Shown: positions 25,650 through 39,829, numbered from the stretch's first letter. The stretch is DNA of 64,000 nt from Octopus bimaculoides (GCF_001194135.2 NC_068984.1:134797170-134861169), one strand, 5' to 3'. Notes: generated by a model not told the origin, from the sequence alone. Numbers and translations: made by a program.

Positions 25650-26340
25650 ATATTTTTCTCATAACTTCCTTTGATTTTGTAAATGAAAAATCTGATGTGT
25701 TTATTTTAAGAAGGAATGAAAGGAAATGTTACCAACTGCTGAACAATGTGGAAGAACATCATGAAAATGATGTGCAAAATTCTGAAGAGGCAAGGAAGTT
25801 TAGATTAAAAACCTGGCCCAAAGAAGCTCGACGTAATATGGAAGCAGACTGGTTATGGAAATTTGAAAATGAAATGGATGATGGCGCAAAACAGTAAAAG
25901 TAGTACGGATAAGAAAGTGAAAAAGAGGCTTAATAAGACACTAAATTACTAAACTGGAAAGCCTCATCGGACCAGGTGGTGTTAAACGTTTCTGAGTTAA
26001 AAACTGCACAGTCAAACATAACAATATACAGCCATTTCTTATTGACTGTGCAGAAAATGGAACACCAAGACGATGAGAAAATGAAAGACAGTGCTGATAC
26101 TGAAGGGTAAAAAAAAGAAAGAAGTGAGTCCATAACTCTGGAAATTATTAACTGACCTCTTAGTAGATGAATTGTATAGCCTTTTCGAAAAGGAGAATCT
26201 ATTGCTAGAGCAGCAAAAAGAAAAGAAGAAGCCAAGAGGAGGATGTATACTGATGTATATTTATAATATAATAATAAATGAAGTATGAATAAGAAGAATT
26301 TAGCTGTTGGCTGGATAAACAAAAAGAGTTGCTTACGATG
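25650..26340 (+). mobile_element. Possible decayed LINE linker region (between endonuclease and RT)
   Basis: Purine-rich pseudo-ORF ARRNMEADWLWKFENEMDDGAKQ*K*YG resembles the RTE/Jockey K..W.....EE.E.A...G....Y linker; no catalytic motif. Confidence 0.3.
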
Positions 26341-27109
26341 AGGTTGCAAACAGCTGGCTCTTGGACTCTTGACTTAGGACGCTTGGAGTCAATGAGAAGG
26401 TAGACACCTTTCTGTCAAAATGAAAAGGTGCGTGGGAAGCAGAACTAACATACGCAAACGAAAATATGAATTTAGAAAATATGAATTTAGGCAGGGGAAT
26501 ATTTCAAGGAGACTGTGTATCCTAGTTACTTTTTTGTCATTGTGTAAAACTCTCTGATAAGAATGCTGAGAAAATCCAGGCCTGCTTCACAGTTTATTGA
26601 AACCAAATTGAAAACAGGCACAAGTCAAAAAACAAAGAAGAATCTAAATAATTAAAAAGTATACTTAGAATTAAAAAAACAAAACTCTGAAAGCAAAAGG
26701 GAAGCTTAAGCAAATCAAATCCGTGGATGTATGGAATATAAGACGGATTGAATAACGTGGGTGCTTCTTCCTGGAGATTACATAATACATCTTTCTCACT
26801 CTCTCTTTATGTCTCTCTGTCTTTCTCTCTCTCTCACACACCCACACTCATATGCACGCACAAGAATGCACACAGTATGCAATCATTGCAAAATATCACA
26901 ACTCATATTGCACAACGTGCATTACACATCACATGAAATAATAAAGTAACATCAGAAACAACAAAGCGAATTCCACAACAATGCAAGACGGATGTAGCGT
27001 GCAAAATACATTTCAGTAACTGCAAAATAATGCTTGCACCCAACTCATGAAGGCGGAAGTGCACTTGGTGGTGCAGTAGAAATTCGCATCAAACCGTAGA
27101 AAATATAAT

Positions 27110-27142
27110 AACAATTATGACGGTAATGATGATTGTGATGAT

Positions 27143-27237
<95 letters not shown>

Positions 27238-27600
27238 TGATGATGATAATAGTAATAATAATAAAAATAACCAAGATAATAATAATAATAATAATAATAA
27301 TCATGATGATGATAATAATAATAATAATGCTGTTGATGATGATGATGATGATTATGTTGATGATAATGATGTTAATGATTAGTATGATAATGAAGATGAT
27401 GATAATGATGACGATAGTGATGATGAGGATGATGTTATCGATGATTAGGATGTTGATGAAGATGATAATAATGATGGTGATGGTGATACTAATGCTAATA
27501 ATCATGACAATAATAAAAATAACAACAACAACAACAACAACGACAACGACATCAAAACAACAGTATCAAAATAGTGTAACAGCAAATAACAACAATACCG
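27110..27600. repeat. Long compound (AAT)n/(GAT)n/(AAC)n trinucleotide tract
   Basis: Direct reading; source of the 166-aa and 138-aa I/M-rich pseudo-ORFs. Confidence 0.95.
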
Positions 27601-28763
27601 ATAAGCAACAACATTGATTCTCAATGCCAATAAAAAAATAATAAACTTCTCTATTGAGAACTATCAAAAGCAGTTTCTAGTAAACGCCATCAGAATCTTC
27701 AGTATATCTATAATTCTGTGTAAGTGGACAAATGAATTTGTACATCTTATTTGTTCCAGTTACTGTTTGTGTTATATTGGCTAGATATCTAAGAACACCA
27801 AGAATAAAATTCTTTATGAATAATTCGGATATTTAATTTCATTTTCATTATATTTGTTTTTATTATTTTTTTTCCCTGATAGATGAATTGAAATTGGTAA
27901 AAGAAAACAAAAAAAAAAAAAAGAAAAAGTAATATAACTGAATATTCAATAAAGCTTTAGAATTAAAATGATTTTTCTGATTTTTACTACTATCAAAGCG
28001 CACCGTCGTATAAATAAAAATGAATAAATAAATAAAAGATAGAAACAAAAATCTCTATAAAAGAGAAGATTACTGAAGAATATATAGAATATTCTGGTGT
28101 AGGAAATTAAATACCATTGATAATAACTACATCAAAGCAGAAATAGATTCAAACACTACAAAAACACAAACATGGTGAAAGCATCTTATTGCCAAATAGA
28201 ATAGAATAATATAGACCCTAACGATTTAGATTCATAACATACAAGGAAAAAGTAAAAAAGAAAAAGAAAAGCGTGTCAGAGCATTCCACTAAAGTAACAC
28301 CTTTTGATGAGAGAGAGAGAGAGAAGAAAAAATAAGAATACAGAAAACCTCTTCATGAATCTATAAATATTCTTCTATACGCGATAAAAAGCAATTTTCA
28401 TGAATTTCTAATTCAAATAATACAGCGATGTGTTACTTACGACTGGACGGTGCTGAGATGAGTTTTCACGAAATCGAAAACCTTGTTATACGAGGAAATC
28501 ATCAAGTATTCTCGACGAGATTATACAAATATTACTCTATAAAAAGAAGAAAAAAAATACGTAAGAAAAACATAAAAGGGAGGAAAAATAAGAAAAGAAA
28601 ACAAATGGAAAACAAAGGAAAACCGTGGCAAATTTCTTTTTTGCTACATTTCCATATATGATTAACCCTAATAAGTTGAAGATAAAGGTATGGAAGTGTG
28701 AGATTTATCACACACATAGACACAGTCACACGCGCACATACACCTATATATATGTGTGTATAC

Positions 28764-28798
<35 letters not shown>

Positions 28799-29283
28799 TG
28801 TATGTATGTATGTATGTATGTATGTATATATATATATATATATNNNNNNNNNNNNNNNNNNNNNNNNNNNNNNNNNNNNNNNNNNNNNNNNNNNNNNNNN
28901 NNNNNNNNNNNNNNNNNNNNNNNNNNNNNNNNNNNNNNNNNNNNNNNNNNNNNNNNNNNNNNNNNNNNNNNNNNNNNNNNNNNNNNNNNNNNNNNNNNNN
29001 NNNNNNNNNNNNNNNNNNNNNNNNNNNNNNNNNNNNNNNNNNNNNNNNNNNNNNNNNNNNNNNNNNNNNNNNNNNNNNNNNNNNNNATATATATATATAT
29101 ATATATATATACATGCCTATATATATATCTGTTTGTCTTTACACATATATGCATACACACACTACACACACAAGCACACACACACATACACACACAAGCA
29201 CACACACATACATAGACATAATGTGTGTGTGTTTGTGTGTGTGTGTTTGTGTGTGTGTATGTGTGTGTATATGTGTATGTGTG

Positions 29284-29540
29284 AAGGCGCGTGGCTTCGT
29301 GGTTAGTTTGTTGCACTCGTAATCGTGATAACGTGGATTCGATTCTTGGACTGGGCAACGCGTTGCGTTCTTGAGCAAAACACTTCATTTCACATTGCTC
29401 CAGTCCCACTTCGGCGGTGCAGACTGTTGGCCTGCACGCCTAGCCAGCGGGGTGGCGTCATTTGAAGGTTAAAACAATGCAAAAGCCCATTGTGACCAGC
29501 GATGTATACCAACATCTGTTAGTCTGGTCAGTCACGTGAT
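29284..29540 (+). mobile_element. SINE family D
   Basis: GAAGGCGCGTGGCTTCGTGGTTAG A-box, GGATTCGATTC B-box, TTCTTGAGCAAAACACTTCATTTCACATTGCTCCAGTCC core. Confidence 0.85.
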
Positions 29541-29667
29541 CAGACTATCTGATGTTATATCTCCCTCCATTTCTTTTCTCCTCTCGTTTCTTCTCTCCCT
29601 GTCACCTCATTTTCTCCCTATTGTCCCATCTTCCTTTTTGCTTTGTTTTTTTCTCCCACCTCGCATA

Positions 29668-29810
29668 TCTCCGTGTTTTTGTCCTTGTCTCTGTATTCTT
29701 TCTGTTGAAGAGCGTAGCTCGAAACGTTAAAGACTTTCCGTATTCCCGAGCGTCATACTAATACATCCTTTTGTTGTTTACACCACCTGTCCTCGTCTGT
29801 TGTTTTTTTT
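29668..29810 (+). mobile_element. PLE pLTR-like dispersed repeat carrying a hammerhead motif (copy 2)
   Basis: Near-identical to the 19495-19665 copy. Confidence 0.75.
29697..29733 (+). ncRNA. Minimal type I hammerhead ribozyme motif, A6U core variant (GUU triplet)
   Basis: TCTTT-CTGTTGA-A-GAGC(GTA)GCTC-GAA-ACGT-T-AAAGA. Confidence 0.75.
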
Positions 29811-30240
29811 CNNNNNNNNNNNNNNNNNNNNNNNNNNNNNNNNNNNNNNNNNNNNNNNNNNNNNNNNNNNNNNNNNNNNNNNNNNNNNNNNNNNNNNNNN
29901 NNNNNNNNNNNNNNNNNNNNNNNNNNNNNNNNNNNNNNNNNNNNNNNNNNNNNNNNNNNNNNNNNNNNNNNNNNNNNNNNNNNNNNNNNNNNNNNNNNNN
30001 NNNNNNNNNNNNNNNNNNNNNNNNNNNNNNNNNNNNNNNNNNNNNNNNNNNNNNNNNNNNNNNNNNNNNNNNNNNNNNNNNNNNNNNNNNNNNNNNNNNN
30101 NNNNNNNNNNNNNNNNNNNNNNNNNNNNNNNNNNNNNNNNNNNNNNNNNNNNNNNNNNNNNNNNNNNNNNNNNNNNNNNNNNNNNNNNNNNNNNNNNNNN
30201 NNNNNNNNNNNNNNNNNNNNNNNNNNNNNNNNNNNNNNNN

Positions 30241-30297
<57 letters not shown>

Positions 30298-30998
30298 TTG
30301 GCGAATGTGTGGGTGAGCATGTGTGTGTTTCAAGCGTGGGTGGATGAGTATATACATAGACGCATGTACGGATTGGTGCGCTTACGCGAATACTATGGAC
30401 TTTTTTACCCCCTTACCTTTACTCCCTTCCCTTACTTACCCGTGATACTAATAGCTCTTTTGTCTTAATAACGGTCAACCACAAAGTAATTTCCTTTTGT
30501 TTAACAGTCATTTTCACAGGAATTTTCAATGGCCAGATATCTAACGAGATGGTAGCGTGGGTTATAATCACAAAACATGAGCAGGGATAAACATACAACA
30601 CATATGCACACATTCGCCACACATCCATCCATCCATACATACATGCATACAATAATTCATTTGACAGGAATACTTATACATAATATATACATTTATACGT
30701 ATATATATGTACATATATGTTTACGTATATATATATATATAAGTATATATATCTGTACATTTTTATGTATGTACCTACGTATATATAGTTGGAATTTATA
30801 GAAAAGACAAAAGAAGAAGACAAGTGTGTAAACAACAAACAGGTGATTAGTTTAACGCTCGTGAAGGTGAGAAAGTCTTTTACTTTTCGAACCTATGCTC
30901 TTCAACAGAAAGGGACACGAGAAAATAAACAGAAAGAGAATAAAAAAGATTTAGTGGCTAGCGGTCGATCATGGTAATGGCTGAACAGAGGTTATATA

Positions 30999-31049
<51 letters not shown>

Positions 31050-31663
31050 NNNNNNNNNNNNNNNNNNNNNNNNNNNNNNNNNNNNNNNNNNNNNNNNNNN
31101 NNNNNNNNNNNNNNNNNNNNNNNNNNNNNNNNNNNNNNNNNNNNNNNNNNNNNNNNNNNNNNNNNNNNNNNNNNNNNNNNNNNNNNNNNNNNNNNNNNNN
31201 NNNNNNNNNNNNNNNNNNNNNNNNNNNNNNNNNNNNNNNNNNNNNNNNNNNNNNNNNNNNNNNNNNNNNNNNNNNNNNNNNNNNNNNNNNNNNNNNNNNN
31301 NNNNNNNNNNNNNNNNNNNNNNNNNNNNNNNNNNNNNNNNNNNNNNNNNNNNNNNNNNNNNNNNNNNNNNNNNNNNNNNNNNNNNNNNNNNNNNNNNNNN
31401 NNNNNNNNNNNNNNNNNNNNNNNNNNNNNNNNNNNNNNNNNNNNNNNNNNNNNNNNNNNNNNNNNNNNNNNNNNNNNNNNNNNNNNNNNNNNNNNNNNNN
31501 NNNNNNNNNNNNNNNNNNNNNNNNNNNNNNNNNNNNNNNNNNNNNNNNNNNNNNNNNNNNNNNNNNNNNNNNNNNNNNNNNNNNNNNNNNNNNNNNNNNN
31601 NNNNNNNNNNNNNNNNNNNNNNNNNNNNNNNNNNNNNNNNNNNNNNNNNNNNNNNNNNNNNNN

Positions 31664-31710
<47 letters not shown>

Positions 31711-33034
31711 AAGACACGCATACACACTCTCACACGACAGGTTTTTCGACAATTTTCTTTCACCAAGTTCCACCTAGACGGTATTTACCAATGATACCTT
31801 CAAGATAATCATAAATTTGAGAAATTCACTTGTCCTAGCAAACTAAGAGACACATGAGTTGCAACAAAATATCAGCCATGATGATGATAGCACTTAGTGT
31901 TAACCCACGCAGTCAAAACACCTCTCATTTCGTTGTAATTTCTCTGAAACTGAACGTCGTGTCTAAAGTGGTTTATACATAATATTGTACATAATTGCAC
32001 GCTTGAAGAAGCTTACACTTGTCTTCCTATTAAAAATATACACTACTAATGTTTGAATTATAGTATTAGTAATACTGAAGCATTTACTTTTCCTCCTAAC
32101 TGATCGATTTTGGTGCCAACGCATGATTATATATTATTGTCTATGATGGAGAAAACTGCAAAACGCAACTAACAAAATTTTAATGTATCGTTTTCCCTGT
32201 GCACTTAGAAATTGAAATCAACTACAGATTATATCGCCTCCGTTTAGTTTAAGCTTTTAAACCATGTATTTGGTGTTCTGGATGTATAATTATTGTACAT
32301 GGTTAAGAGTTGAGCAACTGACAAGTGAAAGATAGTGAAGAGCAGTACTTTACTGAATGTAAGTCTGTCTGTATGTGTGAACATATATATACATATAGAC
32401 ATACACTCACACATATGTATATGTATTTTTATATATGCATATATATAACTTGCTGACTTGTTTTCAAATATATATTTGTGAATATATATATATATACATA
32501 TATGTATATATCTGTATATATATATGATATATATATGCATATATATATATATATATATATATATAATTGTATACATAAGTGTGTGGAAATGTGTAGGTTT
32601 GTGCTCCATAAAACGTGTAATCTTAGTGGGAAAGATATGTTGTCTCGAGAAACATGAATATGTCCAGAATTTAAATGTCTCAGAGAAAGCAGCTCTAGCT
32701 CACTACTTACTCATTTCAATTCCAATTAGTCAAACTTGGTATTTCATTACTTTTGAAGCAAAAGATAAATACCAGCCTTACACACTGACCGGTACCATTA
32801 AATGCACACCAAAAATACCCACCTTCTTCATCGAGATGTCTCTTTATATTGCAATTAGATCGACTGTACATTATTCCTTGTATTTGGATTACTTAAAAAA
32901 GGCGAATAGAACAAAAGAAAGAAAGCGGAGTGTTGACTGCATACTTTCTGAATGATGAGGAACATCTTTTGAAACTAATAGGTTTTAATTACCTTATGGC
33001 TTATTTTATAATTTATGAGTGTCGCTGGATAAAA

Positions 33035-33207
33035 TGCAAAGCGGGTTCTTCCGGCTTCATTTTTTGAGTTTAAATTCCACAGGATCGACTTTGGCTTTCA
33101 TCCTTTCAGGTTCAATAAAATAAATCTTAGTGGAGAACTGGAGGGGTGATGTAATCGACTGGCTCACGACGCTAAAAGTGTTAGTCTTGTGCCAAAATTT
33201 GAAAAAT
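33035..33207 (+). mobile_element. SINE family A, 5'-degenerate
   Basis: GAGTTTAAATTCC, GACTTTGGCTTTCATCCTTTC, GATGTAATCGACT, GTGCCAAAATTTGAAA. Confidence 0.75.
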
Positions 33208-34110
33208 TTAAGTACAAGAAGTTACAGCTTATACTGGTCCGTCATTTTGTTTGATTTTCAGGTACACACACACACACGCGCTCGCACACACACGCACATA
33301 CACAAACTCGAATACATGCGCACCTACAAACACAGATATATATTTATATATATGTATGCATGTATGTATGTATGTATGTATCTATGTATGAATAGATGTA
33401 TATAAATTTGCTGCTCAGCTGTTGAAGTACTGAATGTTGATGCTGATTTATTGATTTACATCCTCCACATCGGTGGCAATAATAAAACAAGATAGGTGTT
33501 ACCTATTTTGTCGGATCCGAAAGGAATCAAAACAAATTTTCAAGAAAGGCAACATTTTAAAAGCGAGTTTATAAAAAAAAGAACAAAAAAANNNNNNNNN
33601 NAAAAAAACCAGAACTCTAAATGTTGCGAGACATTTAGGCAACAATGCTAAGATATTCCCTAAGCCAAATTGCTGAAAAACATCTATAGAACAATTTCTG
33701 CCATTATGTTGCTTCTTCGCAGGCTGACTTTATTTAAATAGTGCCGCAACGTCTTCAACCAAACAACCGAGTTGTACATGTGACATTAGCAAACGAAAGA
33801 GCGTACCTCTCTATTGTATATGACCCGTCGCCATATTTATACAGGTTCGTGTCAAGATTTATGCTTCCCATTTAATCTGAAGAATCGATATGAACTATTT
33901 TATTTCCTAAACTTAAATGTAATGTAATGTAATGTATGTATGTATGTATGTATGCATTTACGCATTCATACAACATTTTCCACCCATATGTATAAGACAA
34001 AAACACTCCAGCGCGCATTTACATACAGACTCAGAGGAATGCACACACACATGTGTGTGTGTGCATATACATACATATATTATATATATATGTACTTGTG
34101 TGTGTGTGTG

Positions 34111-34157
<47 letters not shown>

Positions 34158-34863
34158 NNNNNNNNNNNNNNNNNNNNNNNNNNNNNNNTATGTATATATA
34201 TATATATATATGATTATACAGAGGAAAAGATACCTTACAACCCCACTCCAGCCTAACAAAAGATCAGTCAGCAGACTCCTGTCTCACCCGGTTCACTGAC
34301 CTTATATATCGTATTACACCGTTTCACAAATTATATTGTTAACCAAACCCCTCCCACTAACGTCCACAACAGCCAAGTTTGTTGGTCATTTTTATAGTTC
34401 ATTGTTGGCCTCGACAGACTTCAGCCACATCCCTGCTGTATTCTTGGGATATTCTTTTCTTTGTAAGAATACGTTTCATCTGATGTTTCCGGTTTTTTGT
34501 AATGGAGTAATGTTCTCATTCTTCTATTAAAAGAATACGTAAGAAACAGCTGTAAAGAGCTGACAGTTATCCAAAGACTGTTATTATTCATTTGATTATT
34601 ATACACCAAGGGGATTTACGAATTGTCGGACCCCATAGAGTATACCAACAAAGTACAATTCAACGTAATGCGCGCTTTGGATCAGCCCCTTGGCACTAAA
34701 AATTCATAAGGTTGGTTTTCTCCGTGTACACAAGCGTAATATCTTATTTGATACTTACCAGCCATAGGCCGGAACCACAGGTTTATCCAACCTTACCTAG
34801 TGTGTATCTTTTCAAGTACCCGACTCTATTTGAACCGTTATTTTACTCTCTCTCTCTCTCTCT

Positions 34864-34899
<36 letters not shown>

Positions 34900-35818
34900 C
34901 ATGGGTGCATGCATTTGATGTGCTCGTTAACTGGGAATAATTTGAATCTTGTGCCCTCGTCCTTCAAAATTGCCCTTCATTGAAACTCTAGTCCTCCTAG
35001 GGTTAAGCGTGTTTCGCGATTTTTGGTTTCATGATTTAGAGTGGTTCTCTTGTTTATAGTATACAATATATTGATACTGTGTGNNNNNNNNNNNNNNNNN
35101 NNNNNNNNNNNNNNNNNNNNNNNNNNNNNNNNNNNNNNNNNNNNNNNNNNNNNNNNNNNNNNNNNNNNNNNNNNNNNNNNNNNNNNNNNNNNNNNNNNNN
35201 NNNNNNNNNNNNNNNNNNNNNNNNNNNNNNNNNNNNNNNNNNNNNNNNNNNNNNNNNNNNNNNNNNNNNNNNNNNNNNNNNNNNNNNNNNNNNNNNNNNN
35301 NNNNNNNNNNNNNNNNNNNNNNNNNNNNNNNNNNNNNNNNNNNNNNNNNNNNNNNNNNNNNNNNNNNNNNNNNNNNNNNNNNNNNNNNNNNNNNNNNNNN
35401 NNNNNNNNNNNNNNNNNNNNNNNNNNNNNNNNNNNNNNNNNNNNNNNNNNNNNNNNNNNNNNNNNNNNNNNNNNNNNNNNNNNNNNNNNNNNNNNNNNNN
35501 NNNNNNNNNNNNNNNNNNNNNNNNNNNNNNNNNNNNNNNNNNNNNNNNNNNNNNNNNNNNNNNNNNNNNNNNNNNNNNNNNNNNNNNNNNNNNNNNNNNN
35601 NNNNNNNNNNNNNNNNNNNNNNNNNNNNNNNNNNNNNNNNNNNNNNNNNNNNNNNNNNNNNNNNNNNNNNNNNNNNNNNNNNNNNNNNNNNNNNNNNNNN
35701 NNNNNNNNNNNNNNNNNNNNNNNNNNNNNNNNNNNNNNNNNNNNNNNNNNNNNNNNNNNNNNNNNNNNNNNNNNNNNNNNNNNNNNNNNNNNNNNNNNNN
35801 NNNNNNNNNNNNNNNNNN

Positions 35819-35857
<39 letters not shown>

Positions 35858-36387
35858 TATATATATACGTATATATACTTATACTATCCATAGAATTCTA
35901 CTCCACAGAGACAGCATTTGAGGTGCCTCGTTTTCTACCGATGAATAAGCTATGGAAACTTCAATTAAATAACAAAAATACTGTATGCCATTACAACTAT
36001 AAGCCATTACATTAACTATTTCTAACTTGCACGCATTGAGTTCTCTTTTATTTTATTCGTAGTTTATATAATTTCCCTTTGCACACATACTATCTCACAC
36101 TCATGCACACACGCATATAAATATTTATATTTATATATATATACATACATACTTACGTACATATACATATATACTTATATACATATATACATACTTATAT
36201 ACATACAAATATACACATACGTACATATACACATACACACACACATATATATTTATGTATGTATATATCTATGTACATGTATATTTATATAGATATCAAC
36301 ATATATACATATACATAATTATACATTAAATATATATATGTTTACATCTATCCATATACATTCACATAATTGTATACATAAATATAC

Positions 36388-36421
<34 letters not shown>

Positions 36422-36896
36422 NNNNNNNNNNNNNNNNNNNNNNNNNNNNNNNNNNNNNNNNNNNNNNNNNNNNNNNNNNNNNNNNNNNNNNNNNNNNNNN
36501 NNNNNNNNTATATATTTATTTACATATATTTATACATATATATATACACACACACACACACACACTTAGACACGCACATATATATTGTTTTGTTTATCTA
36601 TTCGTGCATGTGTGTGTGTGTTAGTGTGCGTTTGTGTGTGCTTGTGCGTGTGTTTGATTTCTATAGCCACCACCTATAATATGAATGTTTCATTAAATAT
36701 GCATATTATTATGCTCGTTTATTTTCACATATGGCTTTATTGATTTCTTACCGAACACATTCGCTCTATACCTTCCTCTCTCTGCTCCTGTTTGTGTTAC
36801 TATGTCTGTGTGTAGCAATTTGAATACGTTTAGAGCAACATGTCTGCACATCGAATGGCTGTTTGCCCTATATTTTGAAAATATAGATACGCGCGC

Positions 36897-36932
<36 letters not shown>

Positions 36933-37104
36933 GTTTGTGTTTATGCATGTGTGCGTATGTGCAATGGTGCGTATGTGCGTGTATGCATTTGTGTATGTGT
37001 GTGTGTGTGTAATCGTTGTTGCACGTTTTTGCCAGCGTGTTTCAGCTTACGGCTTGGTCTTCTAGTATCTTTGTACATATTTGGTATTCTAATATATATC
37101 TATT

Positions 37105-37722
37105 AGCTAGCAGAAGCGTTACTTCACCGGACAAATTGCTTAGCGTCGTTTCGTCCGGCTTTACGTTGTGAGTTCAAATTTCGCCGAGGTCGACTTTGCC
37201 TTTCATCCTTTCGGGTTGGATAAATTAAGTACCAGTTGCGTACTGGGCTCGATCTAATCAACTGGCCCTCCTCACCCCAAAAATTTGGGGCCTTGTGCCG
37301 AGAGTAGAAAAGATTATGTATCTACATCAAGACGGTGACCTAGCAGAAGCTTTACTTCGCCGGACAAAATGTTTTCCGTCGTTTCACCGAGGTCGACTTT
37401 GCCTTTCATCCTTTCGGAGATCGATAAAATAAGTACCTGTTGGACACTGGGATCGATGTAATCGTCTTACCCCCTCCTCCGGAAATGCTGGCTTTGTGCC
37501 AAATTTTGAAATCAATACATATTTATATTAAGGCAATGATCTAGCAGAATCGCTACCGCGCCAGAAAAAAAATGTTTAGTGGCGTTTCGTTCGCATTTAC
37601 GTTCTGTGTTCAAATTCCGCCGAGGTCGACTTTGTCTCTTATCATTGGNNNNNNNNNNNNNNNGGGGGGGTCAATAAATCAATAAAATGAATACCAGTTG
37701 TGTACTGGGCAAATTTGAAACC
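37105..37722 (+). mobile_element. Three tandem SINE family A copies (37105-37314, 37329-37515, 37530-37722)
   Basis: Three successive CTAGCAGAA heads, each followed by CCGAGGTCGACTTTG; spacers of about 15 nt. Confidence 0.9.
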
Positions 37723-37999
37723 AAAATATATCTATATCATATTGACGGTTTGTTTACGACCACTGTCACTGATGTTTATCTCCAGGTCTGGCTAGTTAAT
37801 TATGTCTACCATTGTACCTTTATCTTTTACTTGTTACAACCACTGGACTGTGGCCATGCTGGGGCACAACATTGAAATGCTTTACTTCAGGTATGGGAAA
37901 ACTTTTCCAAGGAACGGGTCGCATAAGACATGGTTCACCATCAGGCTGGCACTTGCTACCATCTATAGCTCTCTCTTCCTTTACCCAACCATCCCATTT

Positions 38000-38039
<40 letters not shown>

Positions 38040-38040
38040 G

Positions 38041-38110
38041 ATGGTAGCAAGATCGATTTGATGGAGAGACGTATGCAGGTCGTTCGGCAAAAGTGGGTCA
38101 CTCATACGGG
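38041..38110 (+). CDS. Candidate internal exon (DGSKIDLMERRMQVVRQKWVTHTG), unknown gene
   Basis: (CT)n-AG acceptor, GG|GTGAGT donor, exactly one open frame ending at the donor. Confidence 0.35.
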
Positions 38111-38351
38111 GTGAGTCCATCACACACACACATATAAATACGGGTCCGTGGTCATTTGAGTAAAATGTTGCTGGCCGCGAAGACATGTTAATTTTATCAG
38201 ATGCTCGGAAGCAGTGTCTTTCTCTCTCACCATACATACTCACACACACACACAAATATGTGTGTGTGTGCTTGTATGAATATATATCTCTCTATATATA
38301 AACGTACGTAGTAGACATACAAATGTGCCAAAGTTAACCATTTCCCTGTAG

Positions 38352-38396
38352 AGTGGAAAACTGTTGAAAGACCTTGATCGACTTTCGAAACTAAGG
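38352..38396 (+). CDS. Candidate 45-nt exon (SGKLLKDLDRLSKLR)
   Basis: TTAACCATTTCCCTGTAG acceptor, AGG|GTAAAT donor, one open frame (phase 0-0). Confidence 0.3.
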
Positions 38397-38546
38397 GTAA
38401 ATCATTTGAAGTTTTTACACCAGTTGACCACCCCCAGAGAAATATGCATCCAAATTGTTTATATTCTCAACAAATCCAGTTGCTTGAGAAAGCTGAAGTT
38501 ACTAATTTGCATACCATAATTTTTAATATCAGTGACCTTTTAACAG

Positions 38547-38571
38547 GGATTTCAGTCAGCGCAATATCAAG
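38547..38571 (+). CDS. Candidate 25-nt exon (GFQSAQYQ)
   Basis: CCTTTTAACAG acceptor, AAG|GTATCA donor; phase-compatible with both neighbours. Confidence 0.25.
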
Positions 38572-38680
38572 GTATCATACAATATATATCGTCCTACGTA
38601 GTAGACAAGATAAAATGGATAAATTTAACTCTTTGTCCGTAAACTGAAAAAAATGACAAGCAACCTTATTCGATTTTCAG

Positions 38681-38733
38681 ACAATATTGAATTCTCATCA
38701 GAGGCGATAACATTATTTGAAAAGAATTCCTGA
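38681..38733 (+). CDS. Candidate terminal coding exon (DNIEFSSEAITLFEKNS*)
   Basis: TTCGATTTTCAG acceptor; phase 1 continues the previous exon to a TGA. Confidence 0.25.
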
Positions 38734-39443
38734 GAAATAAGTACCGAAAAGTTTCATGTATTCAACAACTTTTCCTCATACTCTGAGTAACCTTGATTCT
38801 GACTAAACATATTGAGCTTTACATGAACAACAGATGACTTTGCAGAATACTCCCTCAAATATTCATTATATTCAAGAGAAAATCATTTAGTTCCATTGTT
38901 GGAACAAATAGAAACCCTATTTGTAGAAATTACTTATACAATATGCCTTGATTATTGTGTGTAAGTGCATCTGTTTGTGTGTTTTTCTGTGTGAGTGTTT
39001 GACCTTGAAACATATCTGTGTGTGTATGTGTGTGTGTATGTTTGTGTGTGTGTGTGCATGGTAAGTACAGCGTATGCTGTATGTATGTTCTCACATTCTT
39101 ATATATTCATACATGCATGTATGTCCGTTTATGAGTGAACATTTGGTTTTATATATGGACCTTATTAAGAAATACATTTGAATAAATATTCACACTTCTA
39201 CAAACGTATGGACATATTGTTTGTGTGTGTAGGTGTTTCTCTCCCCCTCTCTCCCCATTTTTCTCTCTGTGTACACACATGCACACACATACACACGAAC
39301 GGAAACACATAGAGAGACGCATTGATCGAGTCGTTTGTCAAGTTCCGGTTGTATGTGAATAAATGGTACTTCACCCAAGAGCCATCCTTCTAGACTCCAA
39401 TGCACACGCACATACACATACAAACATTTAAGTGAATATATAC

Positions 39444-39559
<116 letters not shown>

Positions 39560-39829
39560 GTGTGTATAAAATATGTGTGTGTGTGTGTATATATATATAC
39601 GCATATGTCTGTGTACGTCATTGTGTGCACATACGGTATAATACATGTCTATTTGCTTACGAAACTGTTAAACTGTTAATTTATGTATATGATATTCGAA
39701 CGCGTGCAAATTTGGGTCAATAATTACTGCATAGATTTATTTCTACACACACACACTCACCAACTCGCACGCGCACACATATGTTTGGATGCATGTATGT
39801 ATGTGTGTAAATATATATATATATATATA

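Noticed and set aside
27117-27617. 166-aa Met/Ile-rich ORF (and the antisense 138-aa ORF)
   Set aside because: Pure trinucleotide microsatellite translation
32524-32955. 143-aa ORF
   Set aside because: Starts in a (TA)n tract, has no recognisable motif or splice support; expected by chance
34751-34761. U1 snRNA 5' end (ATACTTACC)
   Set aside because: No U1 similarity beyond 9-10 nt; it is simply the complement of a consensus splice donor
38371-38393. CTGTTGA...GAAAC as another A6U hammerhead
   Set aside because: The only hairpin (GAAAG/CTTTC) consumes core G8/A9 and there is no helix I; better explained as exon-like or chance
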